15,528 nt of DNA from Oligoflexia bacterium (GTDB taxonomy: Bacteria; Bdellovibrionota; Bdellovibrionia; JABDDW01): the NCBI GenBank assembly GCA_043732305.1, contig JAYTHU010000066.1, forward strand, positions 1 through 15,528, given 5' to 3'. Shown here one piece after another: positions 1 to 7,048 of this stretch. Under the pieces are notes generated by a model. That model searched no databases. It was given only the letters and a program-made list of their open reading frames with translations, and had not been told where the DNA came from. The position numbers and the translations under genes are program-made. How positions within the stretch are numbered: the first letter of the stretch is position 1; each line of letters begins with the position of its first letter.

Positions 1-212
1 TCCTTTATTTCTGTTCCATTTTTTGTAGTAAACTAATGAAATCAGATATGTTTGGACCTCTCAACTCTTAAACTTCAACTATCCCTGGGGCATGCCCTAT
101 TTCCCGACGTATTGAAGTGTCCCGCGAACGGATTTCCAGATGCAATATTCTTGAATGGAATCGGGGCCAAAGTTGTTCGTTCTTAAGATCTTATAGTTGG
201 CCAAAAGGCCAG

Positions 213-240
213 TTTAGATCATTTTGTTTCATTCCGATAA
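213..240 (+). promoter_or_regulatory. Putative sigma28 (FliA)-type promoter
   Basis: TTTAG (213-217), 15 nt, then TCCGATAA (233-240). This resembles the consensus TAAA-N15-GCCGATAA and lies just upstream of the SD GAGGA (249-253) and ATG 259. Confidence 0.5.
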
Positions 241-258
241 TTTTATGTGAGGATTAAG

Positions 259-1707
259 ATGAAAAATAATTTAGTTTTAATTTTATGCTTATTTTTAGTT
301 ACTATGGCAGCGGCTGCCGAGGAAACACGCGAAGATCAATGCGATGAAAACTTTCAAAAAGTATTTGCCGCCAAGAGAAGTTGCATTCTCAATGATAACC
401 AAGCCGATTGCTCGAAGCTGGCTATACTGTCTTCCATTTACCCTGTTGTTGGAGGAATTGTTGGTGCCCTTACGGCAAAAATGTGGAATTCAATTCTAGA
501 GAAACGCACCGACATTCCCAATGCTAAATCACTTATGGATAAAATCCGCGCAGTTGATAAAGCTCATGAAACTGCCAATGCCATCGCCGATAGAGCTCAC
601 CGGATAACTACAGATAAAAAGACAGATTTTGCAGACCGTATTAGAGAGGTCATAAAAGTTAACAAAGACCCCTTAGTTGTTGAACAACTTCAAGAACTTA
701 TAAATGAAAAACCCTATAAAAGTGGATATGTAAAAGTCCTCAAAGAACATTTTGGCGATGCATTTGACAAAGCTTATACGGTCCAGCGGCATCAGCTGTC
801 TATAGACGCATTAAACTCTAAAGAGAGGGCAGCATATGATGTGTTGAATGCTGTCGGTAGGAACGATCCGGGTGAATTAGGTTTCAAAAATGTCAAAGCA
901 GCTCAAACAGAACAGGAAAAAAGACTTCAACGACCTAAAACTGCGGCAGTTGTAGGCGGAATAGTTGGAGTATCAGCTTCTTTGGCAATTCCCATAGCAG
1001 CTAACATAATTGACAAAAAAGAGATAAAACTGTGCCAGAAAGAACTTGGACTTAGCGATAAAGACATCGAAATTCTTAATGGAAATTCTTATTTCTTTTC
1101 CGGTGCCAAAGCGAAGAGTTCCTCTGGCGTTTTAAACCTCACTTGTTCAAAGCTAAAAATTCAAGGAACTGATGAAACATTGGCACAGGTGAAAACGATA
1201 AATGACGGTAAGGTTTCCCCTGGCATTTGTAAAATTATGAAAAATGAAATGGCTGAGATTGATTCAGCCTTTGAGTCACTAGCTTCGATTAGAAATACTG
1301 ACTGTTCTGGTTTAAAGGCGCCAAATCTTGAAATATCAGTCAATGAATCTCAAATGAATTTAACATATTTTATCTCATCAGATACCAAAGTGACAGCCCC
1401 CATGAATGAAAAAGGACACGCAGACTACACGCAGGCAACAGTGTTCATAAATGGAACTGAAGATAAGTCGAAAACTGTAGAACTTCGTCAGAAAAGTGAT
1501 GATGCTAAGGTGGGATACTTCATATCTGGTAAAGTCACAACACTTAAGAAAAATTCGGCTTGCTTGGATCCAAGCGAGACTTCGACAGACTGCAAACTAC
1601 GCAGAGCTTCTATTTTATCTGGTCTTTACTACAATAATTATAAACAAAATTGTTCACTACCTAGTAACTCAGCTCCAGCTCCCGTTCCGGCTAAAGCTAC
1701 TCGATAG
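259..1707 (+). CDS. Hypothetical exported/membrane protein with signal peptide, two VVGGIVG hydrophobic segments and Cys-containing terminal regions
   Basis: Long ORF. ATG 259 with SD GAGGA is preferred over GTG 247. The N-terminus MKNNLVLILCLFLVTMAAAA is signal-peptide-like. No family recognised. Confidence 0.85.
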   Translation: MKNNLVLILCLFLVTMAAAAEETREDQCDENFQKVFAAKRSCILNDNQADCSKLAILSSIYPVVGGIVGALTAKMWNSILEKRTDIPNAKSLMDKIRAVDKAHETANAIADRAHRITTDKKTDFADRIREVIKVNKDPLVVEQLQELINEKPYKSGYVKVLKEHFGDAFDKAYTVQRHQLSIDALNSKERAAYDVLNAVGRNDPGELGFKNVKAAQTEQEKRLQRPKTAAVVGGIVGVSASLAIPIAANIIDKKEIKLCQKELGLSDKDIEILNGNSYFFSGAKAKSSSGVLNLTCSKLKIQGTDETLAQVKTINDGKVSPGICKIMKNEMAEIDSAFESLASIRNTDCSGLKAPNLEISVNESQMNLTYFISSDTKVTAPMNEKGHADYTQATVFINGTEDKSKTVELRQKSDDAKVGYFISGKVTTLKKNSACLDPSETSTDCKLRRASILSGLYYNNYKQNCSLPSNSAPAPVPAKATR

Positions 1708-1758
1708 ATAATGATGAATCAAATCGAAAACAAAATAACCAAACAGGAGATAAATAAT

Positions 1759-2010
1759 TTGAAATACTTTTCTATGATTGCATTTGCAGCGTTGGCCGTT
1801 GTTGTGGTCAACAAATTGGATTCTATGGACAGCAGAGACTCTTCAAGACCGATGCTTATTCAAGACGAGGCTCGCAAGCTCTTACTTGTACCGCTTTCCA
1901 ATGATCTTTGCGCTGAGAAGGCCGAACTTTTTCGCGCCACTTCCGGCAAAGCCGAACTGCCCCCTCCCTTAAAAGAAGATGACACCCTTGGATCAAAACA
2001 CAACGAATAA
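1759..2010 (+). CDS. Small hypothetical protein with hydrophobic N-terminus (possibly a gene remnant)
   Basis: ORF 1711-2010. SD AGGAG (1745-1749) precedes an in-frame TTG at 1759, giving MKYFSMIAFAALAVVVVN. The 3' end overlaps the next ORF by 32 nt. Confidence 0.4.
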   Translation: MKYFSMIAFAALAVVVVNKLDSMDSRDSSRPMLIQDEARKLLLVPLSNDLCAEKAELFRATSGKAELPPPLKEDDTLGSKHNE

Positions 2011-2311
2011 GCGCATCCCGCTGCCGGATGGTGTCTTCGCTATGTTATCTAACGAGGTTCAGGTTATTAAACAAAAGGGCGTGCACTTCAAGGTCAACGA
2101 GGCCAAGCTTGTCGCCGCCGTGGTTGAACTATTCTTTGAATTACATTTGGAAAAGGATCGAACGCGGCTAGCAGCAAAATTTTTTGATAAGAGAGCTTAT
2201 CTGAAAACTCTGATTGAAAAATCGGAGTCCGAAGCGGATTTGTCGGCTTCACTCAATGAGTTTCTAGGGTCTCGCAGACCTAAGAGCGTGGCCAAAAAGG
2301 AATCTGACTGA
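1979..2311 (+). CDS. Hypothetical protein, possible ribbon-helix-helix-like DNA-binding protein
   Basis: 110-aa ORF followed directly by a terminator. The pattern KRIPL (strand), PDGVFAMLSNEVQVIK (helix), NEAKLVAAVVELFF (helix) is RHH-like, and the C-terminal tail is basic. Confidence 0.7.
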   Translation: MTPLDQNTTNKRIPLPDGVFAMLSNEVQVIKQKGVHFKVNEAKLVAAVVELFFELHLEKDRTRLAAKFFDKRAYLKTLIEKSESEADLSASLNEFLGSRRPKSVAKKESD

Positions 2312-2316
2312 AATTA

Positions 2317-2352
2317 GGAGTCAGGCTTCTAACTGGAGCCTGACTTTCTTTT
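2317..2352 (+). terminator. Rho-independent terminator
   Basis: Stem AGTCAGGCTTC (2319-2329), loop TAACT, GGAGCCTGACT (2335-2345), then TTCTTTT. It begins just after the stop codon at 2311. Confidence 0.85.
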
Positions 2353-2512
2353 AAATTGCGGCCTGATATTAAAACCGAGATCGGTTAATTTGTAATTCCT
2401 ATAGATTACTTAGCTTTTTTAAATCGCACTTGAGCGTCATAATGGCATGGGTCTTTGCATTAGAAGTTTGGAGTATAACTATACGATTGCCCTTAAGATT
2501 CTGGAGGATCTG

Positions 2513-3712
2513 ATGAAGATCGCAGTGACATTTTTGAGTTCGTTGTTAATAGCCTTAACAGCCCAGGCTGAGATTTTGGGCCGCCTGAACGTCAATGCCC
2601 TGCCAGATCTTTCCTATCGAAATGTCGAAGTTGAACGTATTGGGCTAGGAGGCACAGTTAACCTTTTCTTGAGAAAAGTAGTGCCGGTTGTAGTTGGTGA
2701 GGAAATGAATCCTCTTTTTCAACAATGGGCTTTCGCGAATAGCGAGGAAATTGTCAATCAATCTGGAATTGTGACCGCGCACGATTTTAAAAATGGTAAG
2801 AAAAAAATCCGAAAGGTTGGTATGAGTTTCGACAGCGAGATCATCAACATAAAATCGGAATTTTCAAAATCAGATTTAAGAAATCGCTATTTTTATGTTC
2901 GAGGGCTTGAAACTCAGATTATCCCGCGACAAAACGATTGGTATGGCGAATCTTGGTGGCAAAATGGAAACTCCACTGCAAGGCCAGATCGATCAAAACC
3001 TTATTGCATCATCGATGAATCGAGCAGCATCCCTGTCGACACAGAAAAACTTTTTAACGAAACCGGAATTGATATCCCTCTCACGGTTCAAAGTCTTTCG
3101 TCTTCAGTTTCTAAGACAGTAAATGTATTGGACCTGACGTTGGGGTTAAATCAAGATCAAGGCTATCATGTTACTTGCATAAGATCGGATCTAAAACGAT
3201 TTACCCTTGGCGAAATTGAAGATATTTTTGGTCGTCAAATATTTTTTGGCGACTCCGTGAAACCTCAAGAAATACAAGCTAAAATTCCCGTTGAAGAATC
3301 TATATCTGAGGTTATAAAAGCGAAAGCAAAATTCCTTGTTCCCATACACGTTGGATGGGAAGGCAAATCCTTTATCCAAAAGGGCAAAGTCGTGGATGCA
3401 GAACATCTTTCTACAAGTTCCGGTGCCTGCCGTGTAAATCGTGCTTCTTTAAATCCATTTCAATGGCAAATATCTCAAGGGGCAATGGTTAATTCTTCTA
3501 TTGCAGTCATGCATGATGATATGGCGCCCGGAATGGAGATGGGCAGTAAAATTTTAGTTAATACGCCAGATCAAAGTTTCTGGAAACGCGTTGGCGGAAT
3601 ATTTTCTCTTTCGAGTGATGAATTCATTATGAGTTGCTGGTCTCCCAACAGCAGGGAGCCGTTGTCCATTCAGGATTTGAGAAAAATTACTTCTGGCGTG
3701 ATCGCTTGGTAA
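2513..3712 (+). CDS. Hypothetical secreted protein with two tandem related Cys-pair domains
   Basis: SD GGAGG (2503-2507) precedes ATG 2513. Signal peptide MKIAVTFLSSLLIALTAQA has an AxA cleavage site. The C-terminal half shows an internal repeat. Confidence 0.85.
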   Translation: MKIAVTFLSSLLIALTAQAEILGRLNVNALPDLSYRNVEVERIGLGGTVNLFLRKVVPVVVGEEMNPLFQQWAFANSEEIVNQSGIVTAHDFKNGKKKIRKVGMSFDSEIINIKSEFSKSDLRNRYFYVRGLETQIIPRQNDWYGESWWQNGNSTARPDRSKPYCIIDESSSIPVDTEKLFNETGIDIPLTVQSLSSSVSKTVNVLDLTLGLNQDQGYHVTCIRSDLKRFTLGEIEDIFGRQIFFGDSVKPQEIQAKIPVEESISEVIKAKAKFLVPIHVGWEGKSFIQKGKVVDAEHLSTSSGACRVNRASLNPFQWQISQGAMVNSSIAVMHDDMAPGMEMGSKILVNTPDQSFWKRVGGIFSLSSDEFIMSCWSPNSREPLSIQDLRKITSGVIAW

Positions 3713-4704
3713 ACACTCTAAACAGCACCAACCTTAAGGCATTTGTTTTCTTTTTATTCTTAAGTGGCTTTGGAATGACGGGAATGGCAGATTGCAAATT
3801 TGCGTCTGAAATTTCCTTTTCATTTCTGGATGATGGATCAATGGCGCGAGAACTGAATATTGACAATGATCGATTTCACGAGCGGTATAATTTAATTTTT
3901 GATTTTCTAAAAGCGGGTGGAAAAGGCAAAATCGTAAAATACTTAGAGATTCGACCTTACGGCTTAACTGTAGATTCTGGTCCCTATTTAGTAGTCATTA
4001 GACTTCCAAATAATCCCTTGAATGAAAGCAATGTTCTTTGGTTGCGTGACATGAAAACACTAAACCGTATCGAGAAAATCTACCAGAAAATGCCGATTAT
4101 TTTAGAGCAATCGTTCTTCGAACGGGCAAGCGTCCGTAACTTGGAGGATGCAAAAGGTTTAAGTGTTGCTCACGAGCTCAGAAGATGCGGATTCTTACCT
4201 CCGGAAACCAACTTTGCCTTTTCTCTCACAAGCAATGTTACCGAGTCTGTAATTGTGCATGAAAATGTACATATCGCTGACTTTCTCGGAACGCTGTCGA
4301 CTTTTTTTAAGGATCTTGAAGGACTCTCTTTAAAATATAAGCTGGACGATGATAGCGTTGGCGATGTCCGAAGTTACGTTATGGAAGAGAGAGGATACAC
4401 TGCGCAACTAAGTTTTATCAAAAATAAGATTAAACACAAGACCGATACCAAAATTCTTGCATACTCTAATTTTCGAATTTTGGGAGAGGAAACGCCTGAT
4501 ATTTTTGAGCTGAACGCGCTAGAGGAGTATGATTCCGAATTCGAAGTAGCTAAAAAAGTATTTGAAGACGATTACTATCCAAGAATTAGGTCCGTGATGC
4601 AGAAAATAAAAAACAATCCGGAACTCGCCCGCCGATTAGAAAGCATAGTTACAACGAATACAGTTGCTGGCCCGCTGGCACTTCCCGAGTTGAAACGGAA
4701 ATAA
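3706..4704 (+). CDS. Hypothetical secreted protein
   Basis: ORF 3634-4704. An in-frame TTG at 3706 lies immediately before the upstream stop (3710-3712), consistent with translational coupling, and yields a signal-like N-terminus (KAFVFFLFLSGFGMTGMA-DC). The start is uncertain. Confidence 0.75.
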   Translation: MVNTLNSTNLKAFVFFLFLSGFGMTGMADCKFASEISFSFLDDGSMARELNIDNDRFHERYNLIFDFLKAGGKGKIVKYLEIRPYGLTVDSGPYLVVIRLPNNPLNESNVLWLRDMKTLNRIEKIYQKMPIILEQSFFERASVRNLEDAKGLSVAHELRRCGFLPPETNFAFSLTSNVTESVIVHENVHIADFLGTLSTFFKDLEGLSLKYKLDDDSVGDVRSYVMEERGYTAQLSFIKNKIKHKTDTKILAYSNFRILGEETPDIFELNALEEYDSEFEVAKKVFEDDYYPRIRSVMQKIKNNPELARRLESIVTTNTVAGPLALPELKRK

Positions 4705-4757
4705 CGTTTTATAGCGCTCCTGGCGAACATGCCTTGACATTCAACTCCGATATATCA

Positions 4758-5054
4758 CTACTGCAAACTTACAATCCATTTTTGAATGATCGCAAGTCGG
4801 TCATAATTCAAGCTATAGATTTTCTCTCGTCCATTCTTGTGGACAGTAACAAGTCCTGCATTAGTGAGAACCTGCAAATGCCCCGTTGTGGTCGGCCAAG
4901 AACACGAGAGCTGATCGGCGATTTCTCCACCCAACATAGGAGCACCTTTTTGGCTTAAGCAAGACAAGATATGTCGCCTGGATTTGTGAGCCAGCGCAAC
5001 AAAAATTTCCTCAATATCAACCTGATGACTTTTAGAAATGGCTATTTTCTTCAT
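4758..5054 (-). CDS. ArsR/SmtB-family transcriptional repressor
   Basis: IFVALAHKSRRHIL...GGEIADQLSCSWPTTTGHLQVLTNAGLVTVHKNGREKIYSL is a typical ArsR winged-HTH pattern. Confidence 0.92.
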   Translation of the reverse strand: MKKIAISKSHQVDIEEIFVALAHKSRRHILSCLSQKGAPMLGGEIADQLSCSWPTTTGHLQVLTNAGLVTVHKNGREKIYSLNYDRLAIIQKWIVSLQ

Positions 5055-5073
5055 TACCCTTAAACCAATAACA

Positions 5074-5109
5074 CAATAAATAATTAGCCTACAACCTAAT
5101 TATTTATTG
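5074..5109. promoter_or_regulatory. Perfect 14-bp inverted repeat with 8-bp spacer, likely ArsR operator
   Basis: CAATAAATAATTAG (5074-5087), CCTACAAC, CTAATTATTTATTG (5096-5109), located in the 81-bp gap between the divergent arsR and xis genes. Confidence 0.75.
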
Positions 5110-5135
5110 ATTTACCAAAGGAGTTATCCTATATA

Positions 5136-5351
5136 ATGAAACCAAGCGAGCTGGTTGGAAGCTCAATGCTCTTTGAAAACAAAATAGTGCCTGAGTACGT
5201 TTCTACGCAAGTTGCCTCTCAGATTTTAGGAATCTCAGAAAATGCGTTGCGGATTAAAGTGTGTCGAGGACTCATTCCTTGTTATCACTTTGGCCGCAGT
5301 CTCAGATTCAAGATTTCCGAAATTTCTAAGCTTTTCCACAGAAAGGAATAG
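5136..5351 (+). CDS. Excisionase-like helix-turn-helix protein (HTH_17/MerR-like fold)
   Basis: YVSTQVASQILGISENALRIKVCRGLIPCYHFGRSLRF matches the Xis-type pattern, and the gene ends 2 nt before the integrase. Alternative start at ATG 5166. Confidence 0.85.
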   Translation: MKPSELVGSSMLFENKIVPEYVSTQVASQILGISENALRIKVCRGLIPCYHFGRSLRFKISEISKLFHRKE

Positions 5352-5353
5352 CT

Positions 5354-6439
5354 GTGGCGATTTCAAAAAAAACCAGAGATGGTATTTTGACGTATGAAGT
5401 ATTTGTAAAAGTTAGAGATAGTGCTGGTAAGCAGGTTGGCCTCAGAAGATCTGGAATCTCTTCGGAGCGCGAAGCAAAACGAATTGAATTCGAAATCAAA
5501 AACTCCCTCCAAGGCCATAAAGACAAAGTGTCTTGGGCCAATTGGGTGGAGCATTTTTTGATTAGATACAAAAATGAGTTTTGCGTTAGCACCTACACCA
5601 ACTACAAACACAATTTAGGGAAGTGGGTGACTCCAGTTTGGAAAACCAAATTTCTCGATGAGATTACTCCTACAGACGTTCATCATATGATTTTTGAGCA
5701 TGTTACGGGAGTTTCAAGCTACACAAGAAAAACTTTTTTAAAAACGATTAGAAGAGTTTTTAACGTCGCTATCGAAGAGGGAATTTTGGCTAAAAATCCC
5801 GCTCTTGGAATCAAGGTCAGAGTGGCTGATGCAAACCAAGGAGTTTTGAATCGAGGTGAGATTGAGCTTTTTTTAAAGGAAGCAAAATCCATCGGACACC
5901 GATTCTATCCTCAGTGGACCTTGGCTTTATTGACCGGAATGAGGAGTGGTGAACTGCAAGCCTTGAGATGGACTGATGTTGATTTTGTAACTGGGTTCAT
6001 TAGCATCAGTAAGTCTTGGACTCGTTTTGGCGGTGAGGGTCCTACTAAGACCGCTAAAAATAGAGTTTGCCCTATCTCTAAAGAATGTCGAAAGTTCCTC
6101 ATGGAGCTTAAGTTACAGACCGGCTCAACAGACCACGTTCTACCTCGGCTTGCCGAGTGGAGTCAGGGTCAGGCGGCTGGAGTAACGAAGGACTTCTGCA
6201 AAGGAATCGGGATTACCCCCATCAAGTTTCATGACTTGAGGGCCACGTTCATCACCCAAATGCTAAATAACGGGGTGCCTCTATCGAAAGTCATGGCCAT
6301 AGTAGGCCATTCAGCTCTTAAGACCACACAAGGCTATTTGAGACTTTGTGGTAAGGACGTTGAAGGAGCCACAGACGAGCTTAATATTTCAGTACCTGAG
6401 GCAATGGAGCCGGGGAAAGTGATAGAGATGCGGCGTTAA
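5354..6439 (+). CDS. Tyrosine recombinase / phage-type integrase
   Basis: Full catalytic set: R in TGMRSGEL, K in TKTAKNR, HxxR in FHDLRATF, H in VGHS and Y in TTQGYL. The N-terminus resembles an arm-binding region followed by a core-binding region. Confidence 0.96.
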   Translation: MAISKKTRDGILTYEVFVKVRDSAGKQVGLRRSGISSEREAKRIEFEIKNSLQGHKDKVSWANWVEHFLIRYKNEFCVSTYTNYKHNLGKWVTPVWKTKFLDEITPTDVHHMIFEHVTGVSSYTRKTFLKTIRRVFNVAIEEGILAKNPALGIKVRVADANQGVLNRGEIELFLKEAKSIGHRFYPQWTLALLTGMRSGELQALRWTDVDFVTGFISISKSWTRFGGEGPTKTAKNRVCPISKECRKFLMELKLQTGSTDHVLPRLAEWSQGQAAGVTKDFCKGIGITPIKFHDLRATFITQMLNNGVPLSKVMAIVGHSALKTTQGYLRLCGKDVEGATDELNISVPEAMEPGKVIEMRR

Positions 6440-6461
6440 GGCTAGACACGGGAAAAAAGGA

Positions 6462-6478
6462 TGGTAACTTTTGGTAAC
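6462..6478 (+). repeat. Tandem TGGTAAC direct repeats (10-bp period), putative integrase arm-type binding sites
   Basis: TGGTAAC at 6462-6468 and 6472-6478, between the integrase stop codon and the att-like site. Confidence 0.55.
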
Positions 6479-6522
6479 AGCGGGTTTGTGACTTGCTGTC
6501 ATATTGCGGGGTTACGGGTGCG

Positions 6523-6537
6523 CCGTCTCCCCGACCA
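6523..6537 (+). other. Putative att core: duplicated 3' end of a tRNA-Pro gene
   Basis: CCGTCTCCCCGACCA. Bacterial tRNA-Pro genes begin CGG and end CCGACCA. There is no T-loop (GTTCRA) upstream, so this is a fragment and not a gene. It lies 83 nt after the integrase stop. Confidence 0.65.
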
Positions 6538-6556
6538 ATTTCAATCGGAGATTAAG

Positions 6557-7027
6557 ATGCTCAAAATCACAATGGTCTTGATTTTGATGCTCTCTTTTAC
6601 AAATCTCTTCGCAGCAATAATTCATGACTCTTCCTCGAGAGATAAAGTTGTTTTTCTGGAAAAAAAGAAGAGTCTTACTGTCGTTAGTTTGTACACACAG
6701 AACAAATTAGCGCCGTTGATATTTTTAATTCCGGGCATAGGCGGAATAAGTGAAACCGCCTCGATCAAAGCGCAATCAGAAACTCTGTTTGAGCTCGGCT
6801 ATCATGTTGCGATATTGCCATCACCCTTGCATCGGTCATTTGTTCTCGCCGAAAACCCTGCAGGAGTTGCGGGTTTTTCTCCCAATGAAGCTCGAAAACT
6901 TTTTAATTATATGTCGAAGATTATTCCGATTTTAAAAACTCATACTAAGACTCCAGTTAGTGGACACATGGGAAACTTATGGTATCAAGACAAAATCACT
7001 GCATTTAAAAAACTTTTCATACAATAA
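6557..7027 (+). pseudogene. Secreted alpha/beta-hydrolase-like protein with apparent in-frame internal deletion
   Basis: SD GGAG (6547-6550) precedes ATG 6557, followed by a signal peptide. Early hydrolase motifs (APLIFLIPGIGG, LFELGYHVAILPSP) run directly into a C-terminal His motif (GHMGNLWY). There is no GxSxG motif and the protein is only 156 aa. Confidence 0.6.
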
Positions 7028-7048
7028 CATTCGCTAAATCGGAACCAA

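Larger units (their letters stand above)
1..6537. mobile_element. Distal portion of a tRNA-targeting integrative element / genomic island (left boundary outside or undetermined)
   Basis: A xis-like gene and tyrosine integrase point toward a tRNA-3'-like sequence at 6523-6537. Orphan genes lie to the left and recognisable housekeeping-type genes to the right. The left boundary is not visible. Confidence 0.75.

Noticed and set aside
1..210. Possible gene remnant on the minus strand
   Set aside because: The minus-strand frames are interrupted by stop codons and show no recognisable motif.
2373..2386. Short palindrome AACCGAgaTCGGTT
   Set aside because: The 6-bp arms occur once with no assignable regulator, which is within chance expectation.
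2443..2459. Sigma54-like promoter TGGCATGGGTCTTTGCA upstream of the 2513 gene
   Set aside because: The GG-to-GC spacing is 11 nt, but sigma54 requires exactly 10. It could be degenerate but is not supportable.
4734..4958. ORF and TTGACA antisense to arsR
   Set aside because: It is a shadow of arsR with no SD, and there is no -10 element at proper spacing.
5074..5109. loxP/FRT-like recombination site (14-8-14 geometry with asymmetric spacer) for the adjacent tyrosine recombinase
   Set aside because: Only one copy is present and it lies at the ArsR promoter. The integrase is Xis-associated with a separate tRNA-type att candidate, so an operator is the simpler explanation. A second copy elsewhere would reopen this.
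6490..6537. Full tRNA or tmRNA gene
   Set aside because: There is no T-loop, anticodon arm or 5' acceptor strand. Only the 3'-terminal 13-15 nt look tRNA-like.
6461..6556. N-terminal extension of ORF 6461-7027
   Set aside because: It runs through the att region. ATG 6557 has an SD and begins a signal peptide.
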